From the NCBI GenBank assembly GCA_965235115.1, contig OZ249436.1, positions 45,944,001-46,008,000 on the forward strand: a stretch of DNA of 64,000 nt. The letters run 5' to 3'. Within the stretch, counting starts at the first letter, position 1. Every line of letters starts with the position of its first letter. The notes below the pieces were generated by a model, which ran no database searches, was not told the DNA's origin, and saw only the letters and a list, made by a program, of their open reading frames with translations. A program made the position numbers and the translations under genes. Of this stretch, positions 63,245-64,000 are shown piece after piece. This DNA comes from Laetmonice hystrix. Lineage: Eukaryota.

Positions 63245-64000
63245 CTGAAAAATATAACGATAGAGATATTGTAACTTTGTAAGAATGAGACATTGAATCA
63301 CGCTGATTGTAGGGAAAAGTTGGCAGAGAGAAATTAAAAATAATATGGTACGATATCAGAGATTCATTGATACCGTTATATACTAATTGTTATGTAAGGT
63401 CGCTCTGGTATGATAACGGATTTCTTGTACATGGATCCACTGGAGACCTTCACCTCTATTATAGAGTATTGTTATATAACATGTATTGTTATAGGACTGT
63501 ACATAATACATGCAGGCCAAACCAGTAAGAATAGTTACAGTGGTAAAGTAAACGCTCCATAGGTTGGACCCATTGCCACAGAATCTTTGAACGAACAAGT
63601 TTTTTTATAAGATGATAATAGCACCATCTTTGCTGTTATCTGTCATTCTAATAGCTACCTTCTTGCTACATATACCTTCGGATGTTCTCCTGTTAGAGTC
63701 ACTGAATCTTTCATGATTCTGTGGCACGGCAATGTTGTGATTTGTGCCATGGACCGCGGTTTTCTGACCGACATGTTTTCATATAAAAACGACAGCTCCA
63801 GGGTGTGTGGCACGGAAAGAGTGCCCAATGACTAACGATCTTGGTTGTACATATTTACATCTTTATCAACGGAACCATTGTACTTCCGAGAACCAGGGAT
63901 GAGGATGGAAAGAGACCCCCCACCCCCCGCCCCCTGGGGCCAATCCCCTCCTCTTTTTCAAAAATGGCAAGGGTTCTTTCATAAGGCCGGTCGAAAAGCC

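Overview
Repeat-rich animal genomic DNA with spliceosomal introns, probably from a lophotrochozoan invertebrate (inferred from the SINE type and receptor style, not proven). It is not prokaryotic, and there are no CRISPR arrays or rRNA genes. The only confidently identifiable protein-coding sequence is the 3' end of a Cys-loop ligand-gated ion channel (nicotinic acetylcholine receptor-like) on the minus strand: an M3 exon at 63126-63244 and a terminal M4 exon at 61405-61677. Roughly a quarter of the window is locus-specific minisatellite arrays with 13-95 bp units. It also holds several non-autonomous DNA transposons (two near-identical TTAA-flanked foldback elements, plus Tc1-, hAT- and Harbinger-like MITEs), a full-length tRNA-derived SINE with a 13-bp TSD, and a decayed RecQ-helicase motif suggesting an Academ-type transposon remnant. 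The most striking observation is that the receptor's M3-exon end and its 5' splice site have been tandemly amplified into 11 extra AG-[34 nt]-GTGAGT cassettes, and several other arrays also sit on or carry splice-site-like sequence. A possible alternative post-M3 exon (57901-58131), a signal-peptide exon (4981-5108), a candidate recursive splice site (5510) and a speculative chain of small minus-strand exons are also reported at lower confidence.
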